Of a stretch of 64,000 nt of DNA, positions 37,931 through 52,199 are shown in pieces. The stretch covers positions 42,966,001 through 43,030,000 of the forward strand of contig OX597826.1 in NCBI GenBank assembly GCA_951406725.2. Reading direction: 5' to 3'. Numbering within the stretch: the first letter of the stretch is position 1; every line of letters begins with the position of its first letter. This DNA comes from Octopus vulgaris (lineage: Eukaryota). The position numbers were made by a program, and so were the translations under genes. The notes under the pieces were generated by a model. The model worked only from the letters and a program-made list of their open reading frames with translations, was not told where the DNA came from and did not search any database.

Positions 37931-39959
37931 ATGCATGTGTGTGTGTGTGTGTGATTGTTTGCTCCACCACCACCACCACCACTTGACAACCTTTGCTTAG
38001 GAGTTTGGCATAAGGGACTGATAGAATAGGTACTAGGCTTAAAAAAAAGAAGAAAATATTAATACTGGGGTTGATTTCTTCAACCAAAACCTTCAGTGTG
38101 GAACTTCAACATAGTTGCAGTCCAGTGACTGAAATAAATAAAAATACACACATGAAAGACTTCCTTTTTCTTGTCAAACAAATCCACTCACAAGGCTTTT
38201 GGTTGGCCTATGTCTATAGCAGAAGACACTTGCCCAAGGTGCTGCCTAGTGGGACTGAATCCCAAACAAATGAGATTTGAAAGCTGACTTCTTGACCACA
38301 CAACTATGCCTGCTCTCAATACTGATACAAAAAATATAACACACTTTGCTGACAACATTTCTATTGTAAAATAAATAAACCACCTATGATACACTTCAAT
38401 CAATTTTGAAAACAAAGAATGAAAAACTTGGAGGGATTTAGTAAAATAACGCTTTTTTTTTTCGTTAAGCCATTATTTGGAGTAGAAATTAACAAAAGGT
38501 TTTTCACATAAAAATTATGATAGAAGATTTTATATTTGAATATGAATACTTTAAAGCATGTGGTTTTGTAGCATAGAGAAACCAGAAGGCTGGTGTCGAA
38601 AAGGATCGCAGAAAACTTTTTCTCTCACAAACATTTTAATGGATTATGCTCACAAAATAATCTAAAGAACAAAAAGACAAAAAAAAAAGGAGGAAAAAAA
38701 AAGAAGGCAAAGCAAAACATAAAACTTCTTTTGATCTAGTGAATAAAACATCTAAAGTAGAGAATGGTAGTAATGGCATAGAGATGCGAGATAAATATAG
38801 GAAGAATGAAGATGAAAATCATAATTAAAAATGTTTATAATTTCATTATAAATATTCAGAGGTATAATATGTGTGTGTGTACATTTATATATATACACCC
38901 TTTATATGTAAAAGGTATATAACAATATGATAGAATAATGGTATTGTTTTCATATAGATATGTATGTAAGTGTATATATATTGTTTGGAGGGACATAATG
39001 GAATCTTTATAGACCTCTTAATTTAGATTAAAGGTATCTGTACTGGCCAGTGCTTCTTCAAATTCTCACCAAACAGATTTTTGGTTTGTTCTTTAAAAAA
39101 GATACTTATTCAGTTTTGATAGTGTGTAAAATTCTAAGTATCATTAACCAATGGCGGGGGAAAAAAAAAACCCCATCTAAAACCCCACATAAACACACTC
39201 CCCCACAGGTAAAAATGCACAAACACATACATTACTTGCACAAATATATATATACACACATATAAATACACACACATAAATATATATATATATATATAAC
39301 ATGTACACATATACACATACAATCACACTTATATTCTTTTGTTTAACACCCGTTTTGTATAAGTTTGGACAAGGTTATTGAAACAGGACTTTAGAACCAT
39401 GTGCTCATTCCGTCACATACCTTAACAACTAAGGGATTTCTTTAGGTCTTTGAAAACGCAGGGCAACTTATATTGTCAACAAAGAATGTCAATACAAGCA
39501 CCACTTCACTGAAGCAGTGACAACATGAAATGTAAACAATATATGCATATCTGCAGATACACACACAAACATGATGGGATTCCTGCAGATTTCAACTACC
39601 AACTCCCTCATATAACGTTATTAGTTGGGCTGAGGCTACACTACAGTGTCTGATGAAAAAAACCTCCTGTATTAATTACATGAAGACAGTTACAACCTGC
39701 CTGGCTTCCCTGTTGCCATAGCAATTGTTGTAGTCACAAAGTAAATTTCTTGACCACACAGTCATGCTTGTCCCTATGTTTACTTGCTTATGACAGCCCA
39801 TCAAAGGTGATGACAACATTGATCCAAGACCTTCATTCTCTCCTGCCTTCAGCACATTGTTTCTCAGGGGAGCAGGTGAGGCTGAACGATACAAAACAGG
39901 CAGATCCTGTGGCACTGAGGGCACTGAAGCTGACTTCAAACAACAGCCACAGGGGGTTG

Positions 39960-40300
39960 ATAACGACATCTCCTTTTTCATGCAATCTCCTGCATTTGGT
40001 TTCAAAGTGTTCCACTCCAGCATCACATACATGTCTCCATGCCTTCTGATCAACAGTCAGGCCTCCATCTGATTGGGAGGGATGCTGCATCCACTTGTGA
40101 TGACCACAAAAACAGTTTTGAACATCCACGAGGCCTACCTCTAGTCCTGATTTCATGGAAGAGGACCATCTTTAAGAGCTGGTTACCTGGCATCCAAATC
40201 ACATAGCCAACACAGCAGAGAAGATGATGAAGGATGTAGGCTTCAACACTGAAGATCCCACCCCACCAGGAGGATTTTGCCATGCGAGACCAAGGATACA
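39960..40300 (-). pseudogene. RTE (BovB-like) LINE ORF C-terminal fragment
   Basis: SVEAYILHHLLCCVGYVIWMPGNQLLKMVLFHEIRTRGRPRG and DQKAWRHVCDAGVEHFE match the RTE pattern LRWAGHV.RM...RLPK.VL.GEL..G.R.RG / DR..WR. Confidence 0.8.
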
Positions 40301-41135
40301 TTTATTTATATATTTTATGTCAAGTTATAAAGATAATTCAGCCTCTTTGAATTTAGATTACTCATGAAATGTAATGCATATTTATTTACATTGTTTTGAA
40401 TTAATCATGCACTGACCTGTATCTTCAAAATTTTGATGACGGGAATTCTTATTTTTAGATTGATATTGTAGGGTAGGCATGAAAAGCTGGATCTGGCCAG
40501 TGTTAACATAAACATAAAACAGAATATTTGAGCTAGATATGGCTGGTCTGAATGCTTAAAGGTGAAGCATTATTTGGTATTTTTTTCTTATAGAATTAAC
40601 TTTTGCAAGTCTGATAGAAGCAAGCAAGCTGAAACTTCAGAGTTACTGTCAACATTCTCCTTGCAAAAGTTTATATATATCTATAATGCTATGTTATATA
40701 TATATATGAATAAATAACTTCATTTCATTTTATCTCATACTTGCTGAACAATAGCTGTTGACAAGTTTCCAACGGTCAATCATTGGTTTGCAGCATTTCC
40801 TAAGGCAACAGTGACAATGGATTTGTCTAACCCAGTCACTCCAATATTACACACAATATATTTATTGAAAAGCATTGATATTTTAGTTTTCTTGCCAAAG
40901 TTTACATCTTTCATAGAAATACACACAATCATCATCATCATCATCATCGTTATTTTAAAGGCTACCTTTACATGCTTGCTTGGGTGAGATGAAAATATGT
41001 TTCGGCATAGTTTTCTATGGGTAGATGCCCTTTCTGATGTCATCCTCCATTTGTCTCCAAAAGAGGTACTTCAAAAATAATAGCCTCTGAATCTATTTTA
41101 TGATAAACCCAGACATTCTTATGTGGAGAACTATG

Positions 41136-41280
41136 TGAGGGCGCGTGGCTTAGTGGTTAGGGCATTCGGCTCATGATCGTAAGGTTGTGAGTTCGATTCC
41201 CGGTGACGCGTTGTGTCCTTGAGCAAGACACTTTATTTCACATTGCTCCAGTCCACTCAGCTGGCAAAAATGAGTTGTAC
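41136..41280 (+). mobile_element. CORE-type SINE 5' half
   Basis: A box TGGCTTAGTGG, B box GAGTTCGATTCCC, then GTCCTTGAGCAAGACACTT. Confidence 0.85.
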
Positions 41281-41602
41281 TTCCTCGTCGTTGTAACCGG
41301 CGGAGTCTTTTTTTTTTTTTATCTGGAGAACTGGAAGCAATTTACATTGAAAAAAAGACCTTTCCATTATGAAAATCACACAATATTTAGAAAGACAAAG
41401 ACTGGGAGAGAGAAAAAGAGGTATAAATATAGCTGGCTTAGGGTTCAGTCCCACTGAATGGCAAATTTGGTAAATGCCCTCTACTAGAGTCTCGGACCAA
41501 ACACTGACTTGTTAGTAGAATGGGTTGATGGCAAATAGTATAGTAGCCTATCACACACACACACACACATATAATATAATATAATATAATATATATATTT
41601 TC

Positions 41603-41654
<52 letters not shown>

Positions 41655-42157
41655 ATATTTTTTCAGTTTCCATCTACCACATATGCTCACAAGACTTTGG
41701 TCAGCATGGAACTGAATCCAAAACCATATTATTGGAAAATGAACATTTTATCAACACAACCATGTGTGCCCATATATCATCATCATAATTGTTTTAATGT
41801 TCACTTTTCCATGTTTGTAAGGGACAGAGGGAATTTGTTGAGGCAACTTTTTACAGCTAGATGCTCACCCTTTTATCAAGCTACACCTGTTTCTAAGCCA
41901 GGTCATATTTACTCATGGCCAGACACGTTCTTCACAGAAGACTGGAAACAAGCAACACCATTTGTATGATAGTGGTGCTTGTTTATAAAAAAACATCACA
42001 TGATGTCAAGACAAGGATACAAACACACAGATTCACTAACACACACTATATAGACATATGATGGGCTTCTTCTACTTTCCATCTTCCATATCTACTCACA
42101 AGACTTTGGTTGGCCTGGGGCTGTAGTAGAAGCTTGTCAACCTAAAGTCACAAACAT

Positions 42158-42535
42158 AGGTGTAGGAGTGGCTGTGTGGTAAGTAGCTTGCTTACCAACC
42201 ACATGGTTCTGGGTTCTGTACCACTGTGTGGCACCTTGGGCAAGTGTCTTCTGCTATAGCCTCGGGCCGACCAAAGCCTTGTGAGTGAATTTGGTAGACG
42301 GAAACTGAAGAAAGCCCGTCGTATATATGTACATGTGTGTATGTTTGTGTGTCTGTATTTGTCGCCCCAACATCGCTTGGCAACTGATGCTGATGTGTTT
42401 ACGTCTCTGTAACTTAGTGGTTCGGCAAAAGAGACTGATAGAATAAGTCCTGGGGTCGATTTGCTTGACTAAAGGCGGTGCTCCAGCATGGCCACAGTCA
42501 AATGACTGAAACAAGTAAAAGAGAGTAAAAGAGTA
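42158..42535 (+). mobile_element. SINE family A, near full length
   Basis: High identity to family A with a small internal deletion. Confidence 0.9.
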
Positions 42536-43474
42536 AACCACTCAACCACAGAGGTGCACATATCTATCTATCTTTTTGCACACATGCATTCACAAACACA
42601 GCCATATATATTTATTTACACACACACACAGGTATATATATTTATTTACACACACTGAGGCATGTGTGTGTTGTTGCAGTGTAGAAAAGGTGGTGTAGTG
42701 CAAAAGCCTCCCTGACATGTGCAAGACATTCGAAGTTGTACAGACATTTGAAGTTGTACAAGAGCAAACTTTCAGATCATTACCACCAAAATGATATATA
42801 TTTATATGAAGTATCAGAAAAGACAATATATAATTTCTGAAGGCTCATTAAAATGCTATTAATCTTTAGTTATGCCTTATACCAATTTCCTATTCAATTC
42901 TTGACATCAGTCTTCGCATGAATGACAATACAGTTTTGTTGTTGATAGAAATTGTTTTTGTTCCTAAGTTAACTTAGTCACCGACTTCCTGACTCGGTAG
43001 AGCACCATTCATCTTTTGGAATCACACCATACATCACTGTCACAATTTAATTTGGTTTGATAAGATTTAAGTGATTATGATATTGTAAAACCAGGAGACA
43101 TACCTATACTTAATAGACAGATAACAATCCTTTTCTCTACAGATAACCCTTAAAAAAAACGAAAAACCCAAAAATCAAAAATGATTTTATAATAATAGAA
43201 AATATTTAAAAGAAGGGGCAGAGAGGAAAATTACAGAAATATTTTAGAAAAGAATACCAAAATTGCTTAATATTTGAAGTATATGTAAAATTTAGGCATG
43301 GCTGTACAGTCGAGAATTTCAAGCCCTATCCATGTGTCTTAGGTTCAATCCAACTGCATGACACCTTCGACAAATGTTTTCTACTATAGCCTCAGGTCGA
43401 CCAAACCCCTGTTGAATGGATTTGGTAGATGGTCACTGAAAGAAGCCTGTCATTTATATATGTGTATATATATA

Positions 43475-43519
<45 letters not shown>

Positions 43520-43522
<3 letters not shown>

Positions 43523-43580
43523 TGATGAGTCATCCATGAAGCTACAGCTTTTGTGGATGTGAAACTATTGGTCACTCTAT
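43520..43580 (+). ncRNA. Type I hammerhead ribozyme motif with canonical core
   Basis: CTGATGA (43522-43528), long stem II CATCCATGAAGCT/AGCTTTTGTGGATG, GAAA, stem III ACT/GGT, GTC triplet; stem I eroded. Confidence 0.65.
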
Positions 43581-43620
43581 GTCCAGACATTAACTTTATT
43601 ACTTTAGTGTGTGTGTGAGA

Positions 43621-43654
<34 letters not shown>

Positions 43655-43791
43655 GCTGACTCAAAATTCACGGGTGGCCTAAAAGTCACAAAGATGTTAA
43701 TTCATTTATGCTGTTTTAAATTTATGATAACTTAGTACCACATACAGTATATCTATCTATCTGTCTGTTTGTCAGTCTGTCTGTCTGTTTA

Positions 43792-43849
<58 letters not shown>

Positions 43850-44585
43850 TAGGAAATATACGTACATTCAGAGTGAAGAGTCACATTTTGTGAATTACAA
43901 ATAAAATAAAATGTAATTATAACAAATTTATTAAACTTTTAGAACCCTTTGTGATTAGGGAGCAAAATTTTCTAAACATGATGTAAAGGCGAAAAACATG
44001 TTAACTCGAAATGATATTAAGTTGAGGTATGCCCGTATCTTCATTTTATTTTCAAATTCAGTATATGAACTACACACTATATAATTTCTGCATTTATTAG
44101 GAGAATCACTCTTTGTCTTCATATCTCTCTCTCCCTCTCATTTGCAGTTTATTGAAAGAAAGAAGAGTGGCAATCATATTGTTCTTTTAAAACTAGACAA
44201 TACAGATAATAGGAAGCCAGTTAGAAATAATAATAATAATAGTAATAATAATAATGATGATGGAAAATAAATAAAATTGAAGTTATATAAAAACAAAATA
44301 AAGATTTTGTAAGTTGACAAATGACAAGCAGACATGTTTCCGGAAAATAATACAACAGGAAGTAAACTGTGGGTTCACTTGAATGGTGGAGGTTGTTGAA
44401 GAAATGTTTATACAACTTGGTAGTTAGTAACAAGCTCACTTGATGGAAACTAGTTGGGCAACTAGAAAAATGTCGAGAGACTGTCATGCCTTATTTTTCT
44501 TTCCCTTTTTCTTTGTGTATTTTAATACAAACAACCTAGGATAAAAATGTGAAATTCTTTTTCCCATCAAGAATTCATTGGGGAG

Positions 44586-44627
<42 letters not shown>

Positions 44628-44673
44628 AGAGAGCACTTCCTTTTGAATTGATTTATTATCATCATCATCATTA

Positions 44674-44713
<40 letters not shown>

Positions 44714-45828
44714 CAGCATCATCATTATGGCTGCTGATCACAAACTTTTATATTAGTTTATAATTTAAAATTCTTTGGTACTTGTCAAAATTTTTAAAAT
44801 TTAGGTTTCGGAAAAAAAGTAGGAAATCTTGAAAAATTTAACAAGAGGTGTTGAATCGGTAGAGTTTGCATGCTTTGTGGCATTTGTTTCAACTCTCTGC
44901 ACTTTGAGTTCAAATACTGTGAGGTTAACTTTGCATTTATCCTATCAGGGGTCAATAATAATAAAAAAAAACAAAAAAAAAAAAAAACAAAAACAGAATT
45001 AACAATACAGAGAGGTAGATTGGCAGAATTATAAAAATAATGGAGTGGATGCGTTATATATGTTCCAGTTCTTTTGCATTTTGAGTTCAAATCCTAGCAA
45101 GGCCTGCATAGGTAGTAGACTTAACCTATTGCCTGGCTCTGATACTCTCACTTGGGACCTTGGGTGAATTTAGCAGAGTCCACTTTGCTGCAAGTGTTTG
45201 GGCCAGGCTTCTGGTTTCAAAATATACTTTTATTCTCCCCTCCACACTAAAAGAAAAAGATTCCACCGCCGCCACCAACCATTTAATATCTGTTTTTTAT
45301 GGTGTTAGGTGTTGGACAGGAGCTGGCAAATAGCAGGGCTGCATTAAGTTCCAATGTTAGGTTAGGCATGGTTTCTATGGCTGGATGCCCTTCCTAATGC
45401 CAACCACTTTATAGTGTGTACTGTGTGCTTTTTATGTACCACCATCACTAGTGAGGTCGCTGAGTAATTTGCAAGATGGGAAAAGGAACAAGGAAAAGAA
45501 AACACCCCCTTGACTAAATGGGGGCAGTATTTCAGAGGAAAGAGGTGGCTTTTGATATTGGGAGATTGAAGTATGATGGAGGAATAAATGAAGTTGTTTT
45601 GCTATAGAGGTTACCCACTGAAAAATTTAAGATTTTCAATGAGAGAAAATATTTTTCAGTGTATGTGTGTGCATGTAGTATTTAATAAGCACATCCATTG
45701 CTGACAGGTCCATCAAAGGTATAACGTGTGTGTGTGTGTTATTAGATGATAAAACAAATGGTTTATACCTGGTGGCTTACTGGTAAAGGACAGTCACTTT
45801 CAAGTGTTCATTATGCATTTGGTTAATG

Positions 45829-45927
45829 GAAGATGGAAGATACGAGAATTTTTATTTATCATCACAGTTGCTTTGAACCATCTAGCAATTGTAGTGATTA
45901 ATAAAAATCCTCGTATCTTCCATCTTC
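45829..45927. repeat. Long fold-back hairpin
   Basis: Outer 33 bp match 31/33; pairing extends imperfectly to a loop of about 11 nt. Confidence 0.9.
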
Positions 45928-46796
45928 TGTCTCTCATTAACCATGTATGTATGTACATAAAATATATTTACATACCTTAACCAACACCACATAAGTTTCT
46001 AGATGGAATTTGGAATTATGAAAATTTAAAGGTAAGAAAATTATTAATGAAAGTGGTAAATTGTTCATGGGGAAAAAATGTTAATCACAATGATTACTTT
46101 AGTGAAAAGGCTTTCAGAAAAAGACTCAAACAAAATGATAAACAGAAAGTTGAAGGGAGCTATTTACGCAAATTCTGGCTTTGATTTTAAAGCAAAATCC
46201 AGATATATTAATCCAGGAATATTTTCTGTAGAGATTTTTTGGAACATTAGTATAAACATTAGTGTTTATTTATTTCAGTATGGAAAACATCAGCAGAAAC
46301 GATTTTAGTTTGAATCAAATGAATCTGTGTATATGAGCATCTTAGTGCAAATGGATGAACAGATATGATTCTCTGATGTACGATAGTGAAAAGATGGAAC
46401 AGAAAATGGGATGTACCATGCTGAAAATGTATGTAAATTTTAATATATTGAGGTAAATTATTCTTAAAAGTAGTGCTTACGAGTAATAGTTTGTATAGTT
46501 AAACAAATTTTCAAACAGAATTCAGAAATACATCATAAACTGTCGTAATACACTTGAATTTAACATTCATACTCTTTAGAAAAACCCAGCTTTATTGCAT
46601 GTGTACATATTCTCTCATAAAACGAAGAAATAATATGAATAAAATAGACATTTTTCTAGTGCTTTATGACATTTATGCAATACACATGCTATGGGAATGT
46701 ACATATATTATGGAAGAATAGCATAAAACTAGCTTCACCGAAACATCTGGCAATGAACACAATCAATAAGTGAGACTTAAATTCCAAAATCCCACT

Positions 46797-46834
<38 letters not shown>

Positions 46835-47215
46835 CCTTTCTTATTTTGGCAAATGTCCAGCAATTTTTGATGGATGGGGGAATTGATGACATCAACCCCA
46901 GTGCCTGACTGGTACTTATTTCACCAACCCCAAAAGGATAGAAAGCAAAGTCAAGCTTGGTGGAATTTCAATTGAGAACATAAAGACGGATGAAATGCTG
47001 CTAAGTGTTTTGCCTGACATGCTAACAACTCTGCTAACTCACCGCCTTAATAACAATAATGGTTTCAAATTTTGGTACAAAGCTGGCAAGTTTGGAGAAG
47101 GAGTTAAGTCAATTACATCGACCCCAGTGCTCAGCTGGTACTTGTTTTATTGACCCTGAAAGTATGAAGTCGACCTCAATGAAATTTGAAATCAGAATGT
47201 AAAGACAGATGAATA
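46835..47215 (-). mobile_element. Two SINE family B copies
   Basis: Family B motifs; (TAA)n next to the tail. Confidence 0.75.
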
Positions 47216-48426
47216 ATAATAAGAATAATAATGATTTCTATTATTGGCCATAAATGCCCAAGATATGGAGGACAATATCAAAGGACAAGCTACAACACAA
47301 AAAAACAAAAACAACAATAATAATAAGAAATACAGAAAAAAAAAAATAGCAAGAGTAAGCCAATCCAATTTTCTTAAAACACCACTAATCCACTGTCTCA
47401 AATTGTTATTTCTTTTCTTTCTTGACCCTGAAAGGATGAAAGCCAAAGTTGACCCCGGCAGTGTTTGAACTCAGATCAAACAGAAACAAATATTATGTTG
47501 CATCCAACGCTCTAATGACTTTGCCAATTCACAGGAAACATTAAATCAAGTAACCTGACGAAAAGATGAAAAGTATTTTTGTTTGTTGTCTGTCACCGCA
47601 ACAGACGGCTGGTAGACACTAATAAACCTTTGTGAGTAGCAGCAAAATAGTGAAGTCACCATCATTGTTGTAATAGAATTTTTTTTTTCCCCCATTCTTG
47701 TTGATACTAGACAACACGCCTATAAACCACGAGCCAATTACCACTGCAGGTGTTCTATAATATATTTAGGTCATACACTTAATTCTACATGCCTCACTTA
47801 ATCTCGCTAAATCATTAAATCATATAAGAATGTGACCAATCTGACCCCACATAGACAGGGACCTTCTTTTACAGGAGCCGATTTATCTTGTCTGCTTAAT
47901 ATTGTTGAAATTGGAGCTAATCTTTAGTTTTCGGAGTCACTTTAGAGATATTTAGAAATGTTCATATTTTTTTCTTTCTAAATATGGAGGACAACAAAAT
48001 CAAAGCAACAAGTTACCTGTATGGAAGTGCCAACATATTTTATTAACATTTTTTGATAATTTTTAATTAGATGTTTCTAAATTTGTTGGATCAAACCCTT
48101 TGGCAAGTACCAAGAGCAAAAATAATTTTTTTAATTTTAAGATTTTATCATAAAAATTTTCCTTTTCTACATATTAGACAAAAAAATTAAAAAGAAAAGC
48201 ATTCTGCTTCTATGACCATATTTGTGAAAATTTCCAAGTTTTTAGACCATCATTGTGCAAGTCATCATAGCTTTTAGACTATTGTATTGGGCAAGTCTTC
48301 ATAATATTTAGACCATCATGGCTATTCATACAAATTGTATTTGATTAAGATATAAAATACCAATAACTGCCTTCAAAACACCTTTTGAGAATCTGCCTCC
48401 ATTGCTTCAACATTCACATCATTTCC

Positions 48427-48518
<92 letters not shown>

Positions 48519-50119
48519 GTGCTTCTTTCAGTAGTTTTTATCTTTATCCACTCACAAGGCTTTTATTATTCTGGGGCTACAGCAGAAAACATGAGCCAAA
48601 GGTGCTTTCCACTGTAGAACTGAACCTGAAACTGTCTGGTGAACTGTTGAATAGGGAATATCTGGGTGAGAATAAGGAGCAAAAAAAAAATGTGAATGTT
48701 AAGCTTGTATTCAAGCAGTTTCATGGCTGAGATGAAATTATGGGTAAAGATAAAAATCCAAAGGAATGTGTTGATGTGTGATCAAAAGATTAACTATCAG
48801 ATTGATGGCAATTAATACTAATTCTTTTCTATGTTTTCTAGAATGTATGTGATTGTATGTGTGCATATATATAATTCAAACTTGTACAAAAAAAAACAAC
48901 AACAAGTAAAGAAACAATAAACAAGGTGCATTAGTTTGATGGTCAGGAGAAATGGAAGATTCGTTGATGTTTTGAATGAACCTAAGCTCTTCTACAGATA
49001 GGAATGAGAAAATAAAATAAATGGAGAAAGGAAAAATAAATTAGTCTGAATTAACAGTTGCACATATTGAATCGACTGGAAGGAATATATATATATATCC
49101 ACATATATTTACAGTCAACAATTTTCTCATATTTGTTCAAGTATTTTCAGAACTTGAAAAAGAAAGCCAACCTTTGTAATACAGACTTGAATATTTATGA
49201 AAGTTTAGAGATAAGGCACAGCAATTATACAGAACCATGATGGTTTTCTGGTGCACACACTATTCCTGTGTGTAAGGTGTGTGGGATTCTGCGCATGTTT
49301 TCTTAGGATTTGTGCTTTGGCGAGTTGCTTCTGCAGAATGTCTACAGAGGATGTGCATGCCCAGTGGGTGGTGTTATTATTGTGGGTGCAACCTTCTGCT
49401 CAGAGTGCAGGCGAGTGACTCATGTAGCCAGGTAACAGAAGGTAGATTGCTAATGCAGAAGATTCTGAAGTGTACACAAAGAAGATGACAGGAACCCTTT
49501 GGAACACCTGGCGTTATATACCAAAAGCTGTGGTTAGCAGCATCAAAGCATGTTACAATGCTAATCAGTTAGTTAATTAGTAGTGAAGCCTGTTTCTGCT
49601 ACCAGACTAATTCCCTTACACTGGAGGTTAATAGCTTCTATTACTAACTTATATATTTATATTGTGAAGATTCTTTGATTTGAAAGTAAAAATCTACATT
49701 CCAAATATTTTGCAGATCTTTTGGTTGGACAGATAACCAAGTTCTCTAGGACTTCAATTTTGAACTTCTTTTTCCTAATGACTAAGGAATAGAAGTTGGG
49801 TGGATTAAGCATTCACTCTATCTTTTTAAACTTTAAGTCGGGAGGAAATAAAGTGCTCATAAAACACTACAAGGCCTTTGAGAGTTTGGGGAGGGAGAGA
49901 GGGATGAAAGTACCTTTGAACTGGAAATCTGATCTGTATGCTTGCAACAGAGCAAACTGCACTAAAGGCATCCAAGAATCTAAAAAGTTGTTGTTGTTGG
50001 TGTTAGGAAGGGCATTCAGTTATAAAAATCATGCCAAAACAAACACAGAAGACTGGTGCGATCGCCTGTCAGGTCAAACTGTTCAACCCATGCCAGCATG
50101 GAAGGCAAACATTAAAATC

Positions 50120-50563
50120 ATCCTTTCTATTATAGGCACAAGGCCTGATATTTTGGGGTGGGGGATAGTTGATTACATCGACCCCAGTATGCAACTGGTA
50201 CTTAATTTATCAACCTTGAAAGGATAGTTGATTACATCGACCCCACTATGTAACTGGTACTTAATTTATCAACCCTGAAAGGATAGTTGACAACATTGAC
50301 CCCAGTATGGAACTGGTACTTAATTTATCAACCCTGAAAGAATAGTTGATTACATCAACCCCAGTATGCAACTGGTACTTAATTTATCAACCCTGAAAGG
50401 ATAGTTTACTACATTGACCCCAGTATGCAACTGGTACTTAATTTATTAACCCTGATAGGATGAAAGGTAAAGTCAACCTCAACGGAATTTGAATGTAGTG
50501 GTAGATGAAATACTGCTAAGCATTTCGCCCAGCATGCTAATAATTCTGCCAGCTTGCCGCCTT
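50120..50563 (-). mobile_element. SINE family B with an internal 59-bp segment amplified five times
   Basis: Units spaced exactly 59 bp apart between 50163 and about 50460; head and tail are single copy. Confidence 0.9.
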
Positions 50564-52199
50564 CAGACCATTAAATAATGATGATGATGATCTAACACAT
50601 TTCCATTGCCTGTTTTAGTTTGGGTTATAGACTTGTTGTATCTAAGCCATATTGGTAAATCTTAGGGAGCACAGGAATCTCTTGAATTTTGCAACAGCTA
50701 TGAATATACTTGTGTGATGTGTGTGTATATACATATGTATGTGTACACATGTGTACACACACACACTCACCACACATGTAAATTTACATTATACTCTGAG
50801 CAAAATTATAACATGGAAATCATTTCTCAGAGAATATGCATAAATATGAAAAATTATCTGTTTTACTGAGACAACAGAGAAATGGGCTTGTGTTAAGAGA
50901 GCGAAAAACCCAAGTTAGGAGAAATTGAAAATTTATGCAATATGCCTTAAAAGGAACCAGTGAAAAAAAAAGCAGCATTAAGAGCTAATTACAACATGGG
51001 TTTGCATTCTGAGTTCTTGTACTCTGAGTTCAAATCCCACTGAATCAACTCATTCTTTTATCCTTTAATGAGTCTAGTACTGTGGTCAGGACCTCTCTCT
51101 GTCTCACTTTTTCTCTGTCTCTTTCTTCTTTGCCTTTCTTTCTCTCTCTCTCTGAAAGTAATTGGTTGTGCTCAGGCCAGGAGTGTTAGTTGGCCTTTGC
51201 CATGTTTGAAATGCCCACCTTCATTACTCTACTAAGAGTTGAAGGCCCATGAAAGGAAGGAACAGAGGGAGGGAAGTAGGGAGGAAGGAAGGATGTCAAC
51301 AGAAGAAATATGGGTTCAATTCTTGTAAGGGAAGCACAACTTAATGACTTTCCTGTTGACTTTGTAACAGACGGTCTTAAGAAAGAGAAGCACATAACAG
51401 AAAATATTAAAGACCAATTTTCTAAGTGAAAACAAAAACAAAGCATAAAAAAAACAAAGGAAATAAACAAAAAACAAAATTCAAGGTAATAAAGAAACAA
51501 TTTTCTCTTTTAAATAACTACTTTGGTTTACAATATATTTTCTCAGATCTGCTGTGTATATTTGTGTCTGTTGTGTTTATTATTATTATCATCATCATCA
51601 TCATTATTATTATTATTATTATTACCATCATTATCATCATTATCGTCATCATCATCTGTACAATGTGTGTTGTTTCAAAATTAATATAATAGTCAGTGAA
51701 AAAACAAAAACAACAAACTATTTTGTTCTTTTGGTTGCTCAAAGAGTTAGATGTAAAAGGTTGGTAGATGTCTACAAAATCAATAAAGTTTTTGCTATCA
51801 CATGTAGAAAGCTCAAAATATCTGGTCTGAATTATGAAGGTACTGAAGATATATGTTGAAACATGCCAACTCCTTCATGAATAACTGTGATATAGCTGTG
51901 TTCCCAGTGTCATGCAAATTCTAGGCAAGGATTGCTTTAACCCCTAATCATTTAAACTGACCATAGATATCCCAAATATTTTTGTCTGTTTCATGTTCAA
52001 ACTGGCCAGACATTGTCTCTTGTAGCTACCCTACAATTTCATTCTAAAAAATAAATAATCACACCATCAAAATCTTGAAGTTATATGATAATGCTTGATT
52101 AATTTAAGACAAGACAATGTGAATATATAAGCATGACATTTGACAGAGTAATCTGAACGCCAAAGGTTTAAGGGAACAATTGTATGTGAGATATTAAGT

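Noticed and set aside
41136-41210. tRNA gene
   Set aside because: It has A and B boxes but no proper acceptor stem and continues into SINE body sequence; the same applies to the other SINE heads
46279-46452. Exon-like segment with a good acceptor (TTTCAG) and donor (GAG|GTAAAT)
   Set aside because: Stops occur in all three frames; a non-coding exon cannot be excluded but is unsupported
51835-51876. CTGAAGA...GAAACATGC hammerhead-like order
   Set aside because: No convincing stem II and no valid cleavage triplet
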